The translations under genes and the position numbers were made by a program. Under the pieces are notes generated by a model, which had not been told where the DNA came from, made no database searches, and was given only the letters and a program-made list of their open reading frames with translations. DNA of 64,000 bases from Candidatus Bathyarchaeota archaeon (GTDB lineage: Archaea; Thermoproteota; Bathyarchaeia; 40CM-2-53-6), in NCBI GenBank assembly GCA_963833125.1, contig CAWHWX010000016.1, positions 160,001 through 224,000 of the forward strand. Reading direction: 5' to 3'. Of the stretch, positions 19,543 to 29,813 are shown in pieces (the first letter of the stretch is position 1; the number at the start of each line of letters is the position of its first letter).

Positions 19543-19851
19543 CTATTGCTGAGAATTTAAGAGTTGTCTACCTTTGCGGTTACGTACGCTCTGAATCAGG
19601 GACATGGTTCCCCAAAATCGGAGATTGTCCGCTCTTCGCTGATACTTCCACCAAAAGAGTAGATTCACCGTAAGAGCGAAGAGGGTAATGGCAGTTGAAA
19701 ATACAGCAAATTCGACAAATAGCTGTGGCACAGTTACAACTTGAAGATTCAGGAAGAGGTTGTAGTAAATTGCCGCATTTGCAAGCGTAACTACGAGTAT
19801 TACTCGCAGGAATAGATGTTGCTTGCTCGTTAATCCCTTCATCCATCTCAC
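19543..19851 (-). CDS. Hypothetical membrane protein (2 TM)
   Basis: Two hydrophobic stretches; tandem with the downstream gene. Confidence 0.5.
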   Translation of the reverse strand: MRWMKGLTSKQHLFLRVILVVTLANAAIYYNLFLNLQVVTVPQLFVEFAVFSTAITLFALTVNLLFWWKYQRRADNLRFWGTMSLIQSVRNRKGRQLLNSQQ

Positions 19852-20053
19852 ACCCTTATCCGTACGTACGTGTCAGCAGGAGTTACGGGTTACCCTGAAT
19901 TCTTAGGATGAAAATTCAAGCCACCCGATAAGTTACCTGTGTACCTCTTTGTTGGAATATCGGACGGTGACCAATCTTTACTCGCTTGGTTTCTGATACA
20001 TTCTTCCGTATGCAAGACAAATACCTCAGCAAGAACACCCCAGCAATTTTCTC

Positions 20054-20260
20054 TTAAAATAAGAGATGCTTTGTGACGGGAGAGAAACGAATGAAGTTGA
20101 GAGCTGATCGAGTTTGGGTCGCGTTCTGAATCAATGTAAGCCACTTGTTCTCACCTTGAACATCAATTCCCGCTAAGTCGACGGGAGTCCTGCCGTCTAA
20201 GCCCATGTGTGGACGAATATAGTTATGGAATATCTGATAGCCTGTTAGGATTGGGTACTT
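20054..20260 (-). mobile_element. C-terminal relic of an archaeal DDE/rve-type integrase-transposase
   Basis: PILTGYQIFHNYIRPHMGLDGRTP..LAGI...GENKWLTLIQNA matches the C-terminal YN..RPH..L.G.TP motif. There is no start codon or catalytic N-terminal part, and it overlaps the scpB 3' end. Confidence 0.75.
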
Positions 20261-20885
20261 GCTCTGATTTTGAGATTGGCGCGGGATTTGATGTTTGGTC
20301 TTTCTTTGGTACTCGTTGCATCTTGATGTTGTCGAAGAGGTGTTCAAGTTGCTTCTTCTGAGCCTGGGGCTCTTGGCTTAGGTTGAAGTAATCCGCAAAG
20401 TTTGGAGTCGTGCGAAGAACTTTCGTTCGCCCTAATCTCTCCTCAGAAATCAGGCCTATCTCACGAAGCTGTTTCACGTGCGAGTAGGCTAGGTTGCCGC
20501 GGACTTTGGCGAGATACGATTGTGTAACTGGTTGTCGATAAGCGATGAATGATAGGGTCTTCATTGGGCCTGGTGTGAGCAGCTGCCTTGTGGCGAGGCG
20601 TTTGACATGGCGAACGTACTGGGGTTTGAGTTGCATGACGAACCTTCCGTCGCTTAATTCTAAGACTTCGAGGGCGCTGCCGTCTGCCCCGTACTTGGCC
20701 TTTAGCTGTCGAGCTAGCTCCTTGATTTTGTCTTCTGATCTGAACTCTACGACCGAGCCCAGCGTTTTTAGGTCCAAGGGTTTGCCCGTGACATAGAGCG
20801 CGGCTTCGATTAAAGCGACTTTCGTTCCAGCTTTCGGGATTGAAAGCTTAGGTTCTGGGGTGGGTATGGGTGTGGGTTCAGACAA
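20223..20885 (-). CDS. scpB: Segregation and condensation protein B
   Basis: IEAALY, TLSFIAYRQPVT, RG and TT..F.DYFNL. Confidence 0.95.
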   Translation of the reverse strand: MSEPTPIPTPEPKLSIPKAGTKVALIEAALYVTGKPLDLKTLGSVVEFRSEDKIKELARQLKAKYGADGSALEVLELSDGRFVMQLKPQYVRHVKRLATRQLLTPGPMKTLSFIAYRQPVTQSYLAKVRGNLAYSHVKQLREIGLISEERLGRTKVLRTTPNFADYFNLSQEPQAQKKQLEHLFDNIKMQRVPKKDQTSNPAPISKSEQVPNPNRLSDIP

Positions 20886-21549
20886 TTGGGGGCGAGACCT
20901 CGCCTAATCTTATGTATAAGTCAGGGTCGCCCTCGTTCTGCGTTAGGATGATCTTCTTTTGGTTCGCTAGAAACAGTAGCATGATGAAGATCCTCACGGC
21001 TTCCAAGAACGTCTGGCCCTCTACCACCTTTCTGAAGGAGAGAGGTGATCCCCTGATGCTGAGCTTGATCAAGTGGCCGTAGTAGGTTTCTATGTTCTCT
21101 TCAATGTTGGCTAGGAATTCGTCGAACTGTTCGAAGACCGATGGTGGGCTTAGAATGAAGGGTTTCTTCGCCAAGACTGCCTTTTCATTCGCTAGCACTT
21201 CTTGAAGCGTGCGTAGGATTTCTGCGACCGATGTGGAGGTGTATTCGAAGCGTAGGGGAAAGGGTAGCGGGGGTGGTATTTCCTCGTTTGGCCTGGGTGT
21301 TGGAGGTTTCGGTGGTTCCTCCATTTTGAGGACGAGTTCTGATTTCATTCGGTGAACTACTGACGATGAGAGTAAGGCGGTTCCCGAGGCGGAGAAGTCG
21401 ACGTATCCGCTCTTCTTCATCTCACCTAGGAAGGCGTTTAGAAGTTCCGTGATGTCCACATCCCAAGGTTTGATGCGGTGAAGCCTGAGCAGGTCGAACA
21501 GGATCAGGTAGGGTGGCCGGAGCCAGAATGGTTTACTTAGCTCTTCCAA
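20878..21549 (-). CDS. scpA: Segregation and condensation protein A (kleisin)
   Basis: IKPWDVDI, MKS and FIMLLFLA...I.L.Q; between smc and scpB. Confidence 0.92.
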   Translation of the reverse strand: MEELSKPFWLRPPYLILFDLLRLHRIKPWDVDITELLNAFLGEMKKSGYVDFSASGTALLSSSVVHRMKSELVLKMEEPPKPPTPRPNEEIPPPLPFPLRFEYTSTSVAEILRTLQEVLANEKAVLAKKPFILSPPSVFEQFDEFLANIEENIETYYGHLIKLSIRGSPLSFRKVVEGQTFLEAVRIFIMLLFLANQKKIILTQNEGDPDLYIRLGEVSPPIV

Positions 21550-24500
21550 CCGTCCTCACCTCTTGCATTGGTAGTCCGACGACCTGAGAAACTCCCTCTT
21601 GAATGAAGACGCCGTACACCGCGTCGGCGCGAGAAATTGTTACATCTTTCAGTGAAACGATTATGAATTGTGAGCCTTTCGACTTCGATTTCAAAAGTTC
21701 GGCAAGCTTCTGAGAGTTAACTACGTCGAGGTGCGCGTCAATTTCGTCCATCATATAGAACGGCATGGGATGGATGGCTTGAAGTGCTAGTATGAAGCAG
21801 ACTGTGCCTACAGATTTCTCTCCGCCGCTGGCGCTTCCGATCGTCATCTCAGTTTTGCCCGGAAATTGCAGCCTGATGTCGGCGCCTGCCTCGAACGGGT
21901 TCTCAGGGTTCTCAAGGAACATGCGTCCTGATCCGCTTGTGACCGTGGAGAAGATTTCATTGAATGAGGCACTGACCTGGTTGAATGCCTTCATGAATGC
22001 ATCCAGTTTCTGCCGGTCCAGTTCATTCATGAACCGTACGATGGAGAGTTTCTCTTTCTCTAACTCGTAGATCCTCGAGGCAAGGTGCTTGTAATTTTCC
22101 TTGACCTCGTCGTACTGCGAAGAGGCAAGTTCGTTTACGCCGCCTATTGACGCTAATTCTTTTTTGAGGACGGGTAGGGTCTTCTCCGCTCTTTCGAGTT
22201 CGGCGTCGGAGACCTCTGTTACCTCTGTGTAGCCCAACTCTTTCAGTTCGGCAAGATGGAAGTCAATCTGCATTTGCATATGCTTGTTTGAGGCTGTTGC
22301 GTCGGCGAATTTGCTATTCGCTGGGTCAAGTTCCTCAAGGATTTCAGTGATTTCTCCCTCTAACTTCCTGAGCTGTTGGTCGTACTCGTCGCGTTTCTTT
22401 TTCACTCCCGCTAACTCTCCGGAAAGCTGATCGCGGGTTGCGTTAGCCTCTTTGAGGTGGTCTTCGAACTTGGGGAGTTCAGTCTCGGTTTGGAGGAGTT
22501 CGTCGCTCAACTTTCTCAGTTGCTCGTCGATGCCGGTGATTTGTGTCTTCGTTTGGTCGGCTGTAGGTTCAATTGCGATGATCGTTGATGATAGCGCTTG
22601 CATGCGGCCTTCGGCTTCGATCCTTTGTCTTAGTAGGTCATTTGCTTCGCTGGTTAGTTTAGAATGTTCATTTTCCATTTCAAGTAGGGTTGTGGAGTGT
22701 GAGCGTATGCTCATGGAATCCCTGGAACTTTCATACGAAGACAAGGGAGTCTGCAGTTTCTCTTTCATCGCTTTGCTAGCTTCAAGAACGGTCTGTTCAG
22801 TTGCTATTTCGCGATCTAATTGCTCGATTCTAACAGCAGTTTCGTTGATTGTCTTGTGAGCTCGCTCTAGACTTTCTTTAACTGTTTCAATTTCTCTTTC
22901 TGTTAAGCGTGTTAGGTTGAGGCTCTGGGCTTTGTTCTTGCTTTGGTCTAGTACTTCTTGGTTGATTCTGGTGATTTCTTCTCTTGCTTTGAGTGTGAGT
23001 TTTTCGAGGGAAGATAGGGTGTTTTTGAGTTCGCTGACCGTCTTGCCGTTGAGCAGAAGTTTCGACATGTCAAGCGGTTGCCTAAAGTAACCCGTCTCCA
23101 TCGCGCCTCCCGGCTCGTATAGGTCGCCAGTTGCGGCTACCGCACGAATACCCTTCAGAGAGGCAAGGAATGCGGATTTCTGCGTGGTGGTTAGTACAGT
23201 GTCGCCGAAGACGTATTCGATCGCGGGCCGAATCAGGTCGTCAAACTCTAACTGTTCCGTCATAGGCCCAACAATTTCTCGAATTTGGTTGGGAATCAGC
23301 ATTTTCTTAGGCTTTTGAAGTCCATTTAGTGGAATTAGTTTGACGCGTCCGACCTTGGTCTTTTTCAGTACTTCAATGCAGTAGATCGCGGTTTCCATGT
23401 CCTTGACTACTATTGCCTTGAGCCAGCCGGCGGCTGCGGCTTCGACAGGTTTCAGGTCGCCCCTCTTCACTTTGATGAGGTCTGCGAGTCTTCCGTATAC
23501 GCCTGTGACGGTGCCTGCTTTCGCCATTTCTTCGATTAGTCGCAGGGCCTTGTCGTCTGACGCGAAATTTTGTGCTATGGTCCTCTGTGTATCGATTTCT
23601 GCTAGTGCTACGGTTGCTCGCTTGGCAACTTCATTTGCGTTCTCAATCTCTTTCGCTCGTTGCTCTTTTAGTGCAGTGTAGTCAGTTACTTTGTTCTCAG
23701 CCTCTGACGCTCGTTTCTCCTCGTGCTGCTTGGCTGTCTTGAGGTCATTTAGCCGATTGGTAACACCTTGTAAGATGTTTCCGTATTCTTCCTTTCGTGA
23801 TCTAAGCGTTTGGAGATGGTTGTTGAGGAGGTCAATTTTCGTTGCACTTGCCTTGATCTGGGAGTTGAACCGGAGGAGTCGGTTGTTTAACGTGCTTATC
23901 GTTCGTTCCAGATCCTCGGATTCCTTGTTCCTCTCGCCAAGGTTCTCTCGTACCCCTGTGAGTGCTTTGAAGGACGCATCTGCTAACGCCTGCTTTGCCT
24001 CTACCTCTTTCAGCAAAGATGCGTGCTGTGTTTCGAGCTGTTGCAGTTCCTTCCTAGAATTGGAGATTTTCTTGTCTATTTCTGCTGAGTTTTGTTCAAG
24101 TTCAAGTTTTTGTGCGTGCAATAATTTTGTATTAGATTGTATGGCGTCAGCTTGAGCTTGTAGTCGGGCGATTGTGGCATTTATGTCGCCCATTGCTCGT
24201 TGGACTTCAAGCAGTCTGCTGCTGCCTTTCTCCCCCACGGAGTCTTCATATTCTCTCTTTTCGGATTCGAGTTTTCCTCTCTCTTGGATTAGTTGGTCTC
24301 GTTTGGTTTTGAGGTCTTGGATCAGTTGTTGGCTTTGGGTTATTTCACCTTCTAAGTCCGTCGGCCTCGTGCTTCGCTTTGAGAATCTTATGCGAGATTG
24401 CCTTGGCTTGAAGTTCGTACATTTCATTTCTTATTTGGACAAACTTTAGGAAATCGTTGCGTTCCTTTTCAAGGGATTCAACTCGAAGCCGAACTTCTTC

Positions 24501-25085
24501 GATCTTTGCGGATGCGACTTGAAGGTTAACGTCGGCATTTTGTAACTCCGCTTGGGCAGAGGCCTTCTTTACATCATATACGGCTATCCCAATCATGTCT
24601 TCGATTATCTTGCGGCGTTCTTCGGCGGTCACTTCAGCAAGCCTGGTTATGGCGTGTTGTGGGACGATATTGTAGCCCGAGACTTGGATGTCTGCCGAGG
24701 AGAGGATGTCAGTCAACTGTTTTCTTGAAATCCTCCTTCCGTTTAGCCGGTAGATGCCCTCACCACCCCGACGGAATTCTCGAGAGATTGTTACGGCTTC
24801 GGCGTCGATGGGTATGCGTCTGTCGTGGTTGTCAAATTGTACCGCGACCCACGCTGAGCGTGTAGTGGCTGCTTGGGCGCCTTTGTGGATCAGGTCCCCT
24901 ATGGTTTCTCCTCTGAGCTCCTTGGGGCTAAGTTCGCCTAGGGCGAACTTTACGGAGTCTAGAATGTTGGATTTGCCGGATCCATTGGGTCCGGTTACTA
25001 TCGTAAGTCCTCGTTCGAGGTGGACGGTCGCCTTCTTTCCGAACGTCTTGAAGCCTCTGAGGTCGATTCTTTTGATGTATACCAA
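21533..25085 (-). CDS. smc: Chromosome partition protein Smc; frameshift near 24360
   Basis: GFKTF, GPNGSGKSN, hinge (GVYGRLADL, G..ETG), SGGEKS and DEIDAHLD; split over two ORFs. Confidence 0.96.
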
Positions 25086-25270
25086 TGGTTGGTCGACTCG
25101 CCGCGGTGGATACGCGGGATTTTGCTACTTTGGCGACTGTCGTATTACCTCGGCTGCTAAGAAGGTGCGAAGATAAGGCTTGGTTACATTTTCATGATGA
25201 TTTGTATGGATAAGGCCGTGTCAACTTTGGCATGGTGCTGCTGCTGAAATCAAGTGTGAAACAGACAAGT

Positions 25271-25434
25271 TCGGGTAAACCAGACGCATCCGCCATATGA
25301 GGTTACTAGGTAAGTTGCCGCTCCGCTATCCACCGTGGGGGCGTCCCATACCCAGCCTACGCGGCAAGCTAGGGGTGAAAGCGGATTTGTTCCTGGGGGA
25401 ACAAATCTTTCCGCCTGGGAAGTATGTTACCCGG
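25271..25434 (+). ncRNA. Candidate structured RNA of unknown class
   Basis: Closing stem CGGGTAA/TTACCCG encloses several helices (GACGC/GCGTC, CATACCCA/TGG-GAA-GTATG, CCTA/TAGG, GATTTGTTCC/GGAACAAATC). G-U wobbles favour the + strand. Confidence 0.4.
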
Positions 25435-25436
25435 CC

Positions 25437-26219
25437 TTATGCGCCATACCTTCGCTTTCGGCGTTGGTATGTTCTTACGGCTCTCAATAGGTCGATTTTG
25501 CGGAATTCAGGCCAGTAGACGTCGAGGAAGACGAATTCGCTGTAGGCTGCTTGCCAGAGTAGGAAGCCGCTCAATCTTTCCTCGCCCGACGTTCGAATTA
25601 TCAGTTCAGGATAGGGGTTAGGTAGATACGATGTGTACAGGTATTTTCTGAACGTGTCCTCGTCGACTAGGTTCTCGTCTAATGCGCCGGTCTTGACTTC
25701 GTCAATTATTCGTTTGGCGGCGTCGACGATTTCTGCTCTTCCGCCGTAAGCTACGGCGATGTTCAGGTAGTGTTCGTCGTAGTCCGCCGTTACCTTCTCA
25801 ACTTCCGCCAAAGCACTTCTCAAAGTATCTGGGAGCAGTTCGAGTCGGCCAATCGCTTTTACGTGAACCCTGTTCGCGTGGATTCGCTTATCAGTTACCA
25901 GCTTACGGGATTCATCTTCGATCAGTTTCAGGATTGTACTAATTTCTTCCTTAGGCCTATGGAAGTTTTCCGTGGAGAAGACATAGAGAGTGACGGTTTT
26001 GATTCCGAGATCGAGGCACCATTCTAGAAAGTCCTCGCTAGTCTTCGCCCCGTAAAGATGGCCGTTTAACTTAGCCCCATACTTCTGGAATCCCCATCGC
26101 CTGTTACCATCAAGTATGATCCCAACATGCTCGGGCATTTCATCCGAGCTAACCTCGTCCTCCAACCATTTTTCATAGAAGGTATAGACACCAATAGCTT
26201 TGAGGAAGGTCGGCAGCAT
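25437..26219 (-). CDS. uppS: cis-prenyltransferase (polyprenyl diphosphate synthase)
   Basis: HVGIILDGNRRW, FSTENF.R, YGGR.EI and IRTSGEERLSGFLLWQ. Confidence 0.97.
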   Translation of the reverse strand: MLPTFLKAIGVYTFYEKWLEDEVSSDEMPEHVGIILDGNRRWGFQKYGAKLNGHLYGAKTSEDFLEWCLDLGIKTVTLYVFSTENFHRPKEEISTILKLIEDESRKLVTDKRIHANRVHVKAIGRLELLPDTLRSALAEVEKVTADYDEHYLNIAVAYGGRAEIVDAAKRIIDEVKTGALDENLVDEDTFRKYLYTSYLPNPYPELIIRTSGEERLSGFLLWQAAYSEFVFLDVYWPEFRKIDLLRAVRTYQRRKRRYGA

Positions 26220-26222
26220 CGT

Positions 26223-26996
26223 TCACACCCGACCTTGACTAGTGGCCTTACCGCACATGCATGATCTTTCCTGCGGGATTCTTTCAACCGCGGTGCGAAT
26301 CACCTTTTGCATTGACGGCATTACTCCCTTTGCCACATTGAGAACTTCGATATGGGACAATCGCTCTTGCAAACCGGCCGCCTTGTTCGAAATGAAGCAT
26401 AGCGTTGAGTAGCAGATCTCGAGTTCCCTTGCCAAGAAGGCTTCTGGAGCCCCCGTCATACCGACTATATCCCCCCCGAGTTTACCGAGCATGCGGATCT
26501 CCGCCGGTGTCTCGTAACGTGGCCCTTCAGTTGCTGCAAGTATAGCCTTGGAGTGAGGTTCAACTCCGATTTCCCTGCAACAGTCGCTTAAGATGTTGCG
26601 CAGTTCGGGGCAATATGGTTCTGTCACGTCTATGTGGGTCACGGGAGCGGCATCAAAATAAGTGCCATTTCGTGACTTCGTCATGTCCAAAATGTCGGAC
26701 GGGATGGCCAAATCGCCGGGATTGTAGGCGGTGTTGATTGCGCCTACGGCGTTTGTCGCTATGATGCGTTCTACGCCGACTTGCTTAAGCGAATGGAGAT
26801 TCGCTCTGTAGTTTATTTTGTGTGGAGGGAGGTCATGCTTCGGTCCATGTCGGGGCAGAAAGGCCACCTCTTCTCGTCCCATTACTCCTACCGAGATTGG
26901 GGGCGCTGCGCCGTAGGGTGTCTCGAGGCGAACTATTTTTGATCCTTGTAGGAGGTCTTCTAGTCCGCTGCCCCCAATGATTGCGATTCTTGGCAA
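26223..26996 (-). CDS. mtnP: 5'-methylthioadenosine/purine nucleoside phosphorylase
   Basis: IIGGSG, TPYG, PRHG..H, NYRAN, EGPRYET and VGMT..PE. Confidence 0.93.
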   Translation of the reverse strand: MPRIAIIGGSGLEDLLQGSKIVRLETPYGAAPPISVGVMGREEVAFLPRHGPKHDLPPHKINYRANLHSLKQVGVERIIATNAVGAINTAYNPGDLAIPSDILDMTKSRNGTYFDAAPVTHIDVTEPYCPELRNILSDCCREIGVEPHSKAILAATEGPRYETPAEIRMLGKLGGDIVGMTGAPEAFLARELEICYSTLCFISNKAAGLQERLSHIEVLNVAKGVMPSMQKVIRTAVERIPQERSCMCGKATSQGRV

Positions 26997-27014
26997 TGTT
27001 ATTGCACGAATTTT

Positions 27015-27917
27015 CTAGTCTTCGTCAGTATCGGAAACTGAATCCTCCATCAACGCTTGGAATTCTTCGAACGACAACTTTCCACCTGTACGCATTTTTT
27101 CGGTCGCAGCCTCCTTGTATTTTGACTTCACTTTCTCTCCCTTCAACCTCGGCGACTGCGACTCCTTAGCTTCCCCTATCTTTGTTCGGAGCAGATCCAT
27201 GCGTTCCAGGTTTTCCCTAAGTTTGCTTACCTCCTCGCGACGTTCCTTATTCAGATCAAGGAATAGTGCGTGTTTCGAATCTGCTTCTTTCTTCTTTTCG
27301 ATGAGTTTCTTCGCTAGTTCGTACATTGATTTGTGAACTTTCTCGCTTTCCTCAGCTATTTTCATGAGTTCCGCGTGCGTTGCTTGGGCTTGGATCCTCA
27401 GGGCTCCGACTTCGACCCGTAACTGTACCAACTTGTCTTTGACATTTCTGAGACCCTTATGTTTCGCCAAATCCTTTTCCAAGACGCTAATCTTGGCAAT
27501 TATGTTCCTCTCAGTTTTCGGGGCCAAAGGATTCGTTTGAATGTACCAGTCAAGGCTGTTGATCTGGCGGTAGAGTTCGGATACACTACCTTTGATTTGC
27601 TCAGACATCAGGTGTGTTTGATCCAGAAGTTTTGTCAGAGATTCACGTTTCTCCACGGCTTGAGTTCTCAATTCGTCACGTTTCACCTTCAGGTCCTTAA
27701 CCCGTCCATTTAGGGCGTCCCGTTGCGACTTGAGTTTCTTTACCTCGCCAGATAACTTCTTGACTTCCGCATTCAACCCGTCTCGTTCGTCAGCGGTCTC
27801 ATCTATCCGTTTCCGAAGATTCGCAATGTCAGCTTTCCTAGCAGTATTCTTGGCCTTCAGTTCGTCGAGTTCACTGTAAAGGTTGTCGAGAGATGTTTGG
27901 ATTACTTCGGTACCCAT
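27015..27917 (-). CDS. Conserved archaeal long coiled-coil protein
   Basis: Heptad K/E-rich sequence with RDGLN..V repeats, YIQT.PL and a C-terminal GGKLSFEE. Confidence 0.8.
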   Translation of the reverse strand: MGTEVIQTSLDNLYSELDELKAKNTARKADIANLRKRIDETADERDGLNAEVKKLSGEVKKLKSQRDALNGRVKDLKVKRDELRTQAVEKRESLTKLLDQTHLMSEQIKGSVSELYRQINSLDWYIQTNPLAPKTERNIIAKISVLEKDLAKHKGLRNVKDKLVQLRVEVGALRIQAQATHAELMKIAEESEKVHKSMYELAKKLIEKKKEADSKHALFLDLNKERREEVSKLRENLERMDLLRTKIGEAKESQSPRLKGEKVKSKYKEAATEKMRTGGKLSFEEFQALMEDSVSDTDED

Positions 27918-28166
27918 TCAACGACGCCCTGCTAAGCGAAATGGGACACTAAGGTTCTGAATAATGAGGTGATCGGCCATGGGGGCAGGCGGCTGCAACC
28001 GGTCCGTTGGCAGTATTGCCAAGCATTCACTCAGTTGCGTTATAATGCAGTGGATGCTGCAGAAATTTACCGGGTTACTCGGTGAGTAAGTAGGTGTGGC
28101 GTAGGAGGTTTTCAATTTAAACCGCTGTCTGAGAGATGTTGGAAAGATCTTTTCGCACATATATAA

Positions 28167-28961
28167 TCAGTGGGATGGTGTCAATGATTGGGTTAGGACA
28201 ATTCTAGCGTCAACCACCGTAGCCCCTTTTCCGTATACCATGACGGGATTGAGGTCTATCTGCTGTATCGCTGGATTCTCAAGCAACATCCTCGAAGTGG
28301 CTTGAAGGATACCCGTTATCGCGGCTTCATCAGAGGGTGGTCGCCCCCTAACTCCTTGTAGTATGGGGTACGAGCGAATCTCTCTAATCATTTGTTGTGC
28401 ATCCAAATCGGTTATTGGCGCCACTCTGAAACTCGCGTCCTTTAATACCTCAACGAAAATCCCACCAAGCCCAAAGAGTACAGTTGGTCCGAATTGGTTG
28501 TCTCTGAGACCTCCAACGATCACTTCCACGCCCATGGGCGCCATGTGCTGTACTAGGACACCATCGATCCGGGCGTTCTCTTTGTATCCTCTTACGTTCG
28601 AGAGAAGTTGCTCGTATCCGGCTTTCACCTGTTCCTTCGAGTTCAGGCCCAAGATGACTCCGCCCGCCTCTGTCTTGTGCAATATGTCTGCAGAAATTAT
28701 CTTCAGTACAACAGGGAACGACACTTGGTCTGCAAGCGCTATGGCTTCAGAGGGAGTGTGGGCTACTCGAAACGCCGGAGTCGGAACGCCATAGGCAATG
28801 CAAATCTCTTTGGCCTCGGGTTCGAGCAAGGCTTGGCGATGTTGCTCTTGAGCACCGATGAAGATGCGCTCTGCGATCTCTTGGGCCAAGTTTTTTCCTT
28901 CGAACTTTGATCCGACACCTATTCCCCTACTATTTACCGTTCGTGGCCGGTTTCCCTCCAC
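28167..28961 (-). CDS. acdB: Acyl-CoA ligase (ADP-forming) beta subunit, ATP-grasp
   Basis: LLEPEAK, FPVVLKI...HKTEAGGV, FGP.VLFGLGG and DLNP...VDAR. Confidence 0.93.
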   Translation of the reverse strand: MEGNRPRTVNSRGIGVGSKFEGKNLAQEIAERIFIGAQEQHRQALLEPEAKEICIAYGVPTPAFRVAHTPSEAIALADQVSFPVVLKIISADILHKTEAGGVILGLNSKEQVKAGYEQLLSNVRGYKENARIDGVLVQHMAPMGVEVIVGGLRDNQFGPTVLFGLGGIFVEVLKDASFRVAPITDLDAQQMIREIRSYPILQGVRGRPPSDEAAITGILQATSRMLLENPAIQQIDLNPVMVYGKGATVVDARIVLTQSLTPSH

Positions 28962-28964
28962 TTC

Positions 28965-29729
28965 TCATGTGGACGACTCTTCACCGCCCGAGAGAATTCG
29001 GGTCACTGCAGCGTTGAGTTCCAAAAATCCAGAGTTGTCTTTTGCTGAAACAGGGATGGGTTCGGAAAGTAATCCGGTTTCGAAGATCGCGTTGGCTAGG
29101 TTTCTTGAAATTAACGAGAAATTTTCTTCTTTGATTGTCCGTAGGGATTGGTCGAAGGCGTCGGGGTCAGTTGCCCAAGATACTATCATGTCGATCTCCT
29201 GTTCAGTAATCAAATCTGCTTTGGATAAGGTTAGGATTTGAGGCTGTTGAATCCGGCTGTATACGGCAGCTGAGAGGAAAATGTTAGATGCGAAGTTGAG
29301 TGGGTATTTCGTGAAAGGTGCATCCATTAGATAAATGACTGCTTGATCGCCCTCAGCCAACTGGGTTGCAATGAATCGTCCTCCCTCTCTGAAGGCGAAT
29401 AATTCTATCTGGCCAGGTGTGTCAGCGAGGAGGATGTCCGGGTTTGCTGAGTCTATCTCTGACCGTATCTCCTCCAAATGATCTGCGAGCAGGTCAGAAG
29501 CCATGATGAGCGCTCCGTTCGGCCCAAGCCGATAGTCCAGCATCAATTTCTCTACGTCTACATATTGGCGAGCGTCGATATCGGGATTGTAAGGCAGCGC
29601 GATGGCGCCCGGGTCCAGATTCGCAACGAGGATGTCTTGGTCGGTGCTCCTAAGCCATTCTGAATACGCAGCGGCGAGGGCTGATTTTCCAGAACCAGCC
29701 ATCCCAACAAGGAATATTGTATACGTCAT
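28965..29729 (-). CDS. GPN-loop GTPase
   Basis: GMAGSGKS, NLDPG, LGPNGA, DTPGQIE and SKAD. Confidence 0.94.
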   Translation of the reverse strand: MTYTIFLVGMAGSGKSALAAAYSEWLRSTDQDILVANLDPGAIALPYNPDIDARQYVDVEKLMLDYRLGPNGALIMASDLLADHLEEIRSEIDSANPDILLADTPGQIELFAFREGGRFIATQLAEGDQAVIYLMDAPFTKYPLNFASNIFLSAAVYSRIQQPQILTLSKADLITEQEIDMIVSWATDPDAFDQSLRTIKEENFSLISRNLANAIFETGLLSEPIPVSAKDNSGFLELNAAVTRILSGGEESST

Positions 29730-29813
29730 GAGCGTGCCTGCCTGAGAATTAGCGCCGTATCAACTAGCTCCGCTGCTTCTAGATTCAGGCTTTTCCCTTT
29801 AATAGCCAAACCG

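Noticed and set aside
25190-25250. ATGATGA...CTGA spaced like a C/D box sRNA
   Set aside because: No recognisable D'/C' boxes, and I could not match the guides to rRNA or tRNA consensus.
25271-25434. 5S rRNA, SRP RNA, ZTP or c-di-AMP riboswitch, or HDV ribozyme identity for the structured element
   Set aside because: Only isolated short motifs match (CCATA, CTGGGAA, CGCCTG, GGGGTGAA), and they are in the wrong order or lack the required partners.
27979-28089. 36-aa + strand ORF preceded by a perfect GAGGTGA SD
   Set aside because: No recognisable protein features, antisense to both neighbours, and no clear promoter.
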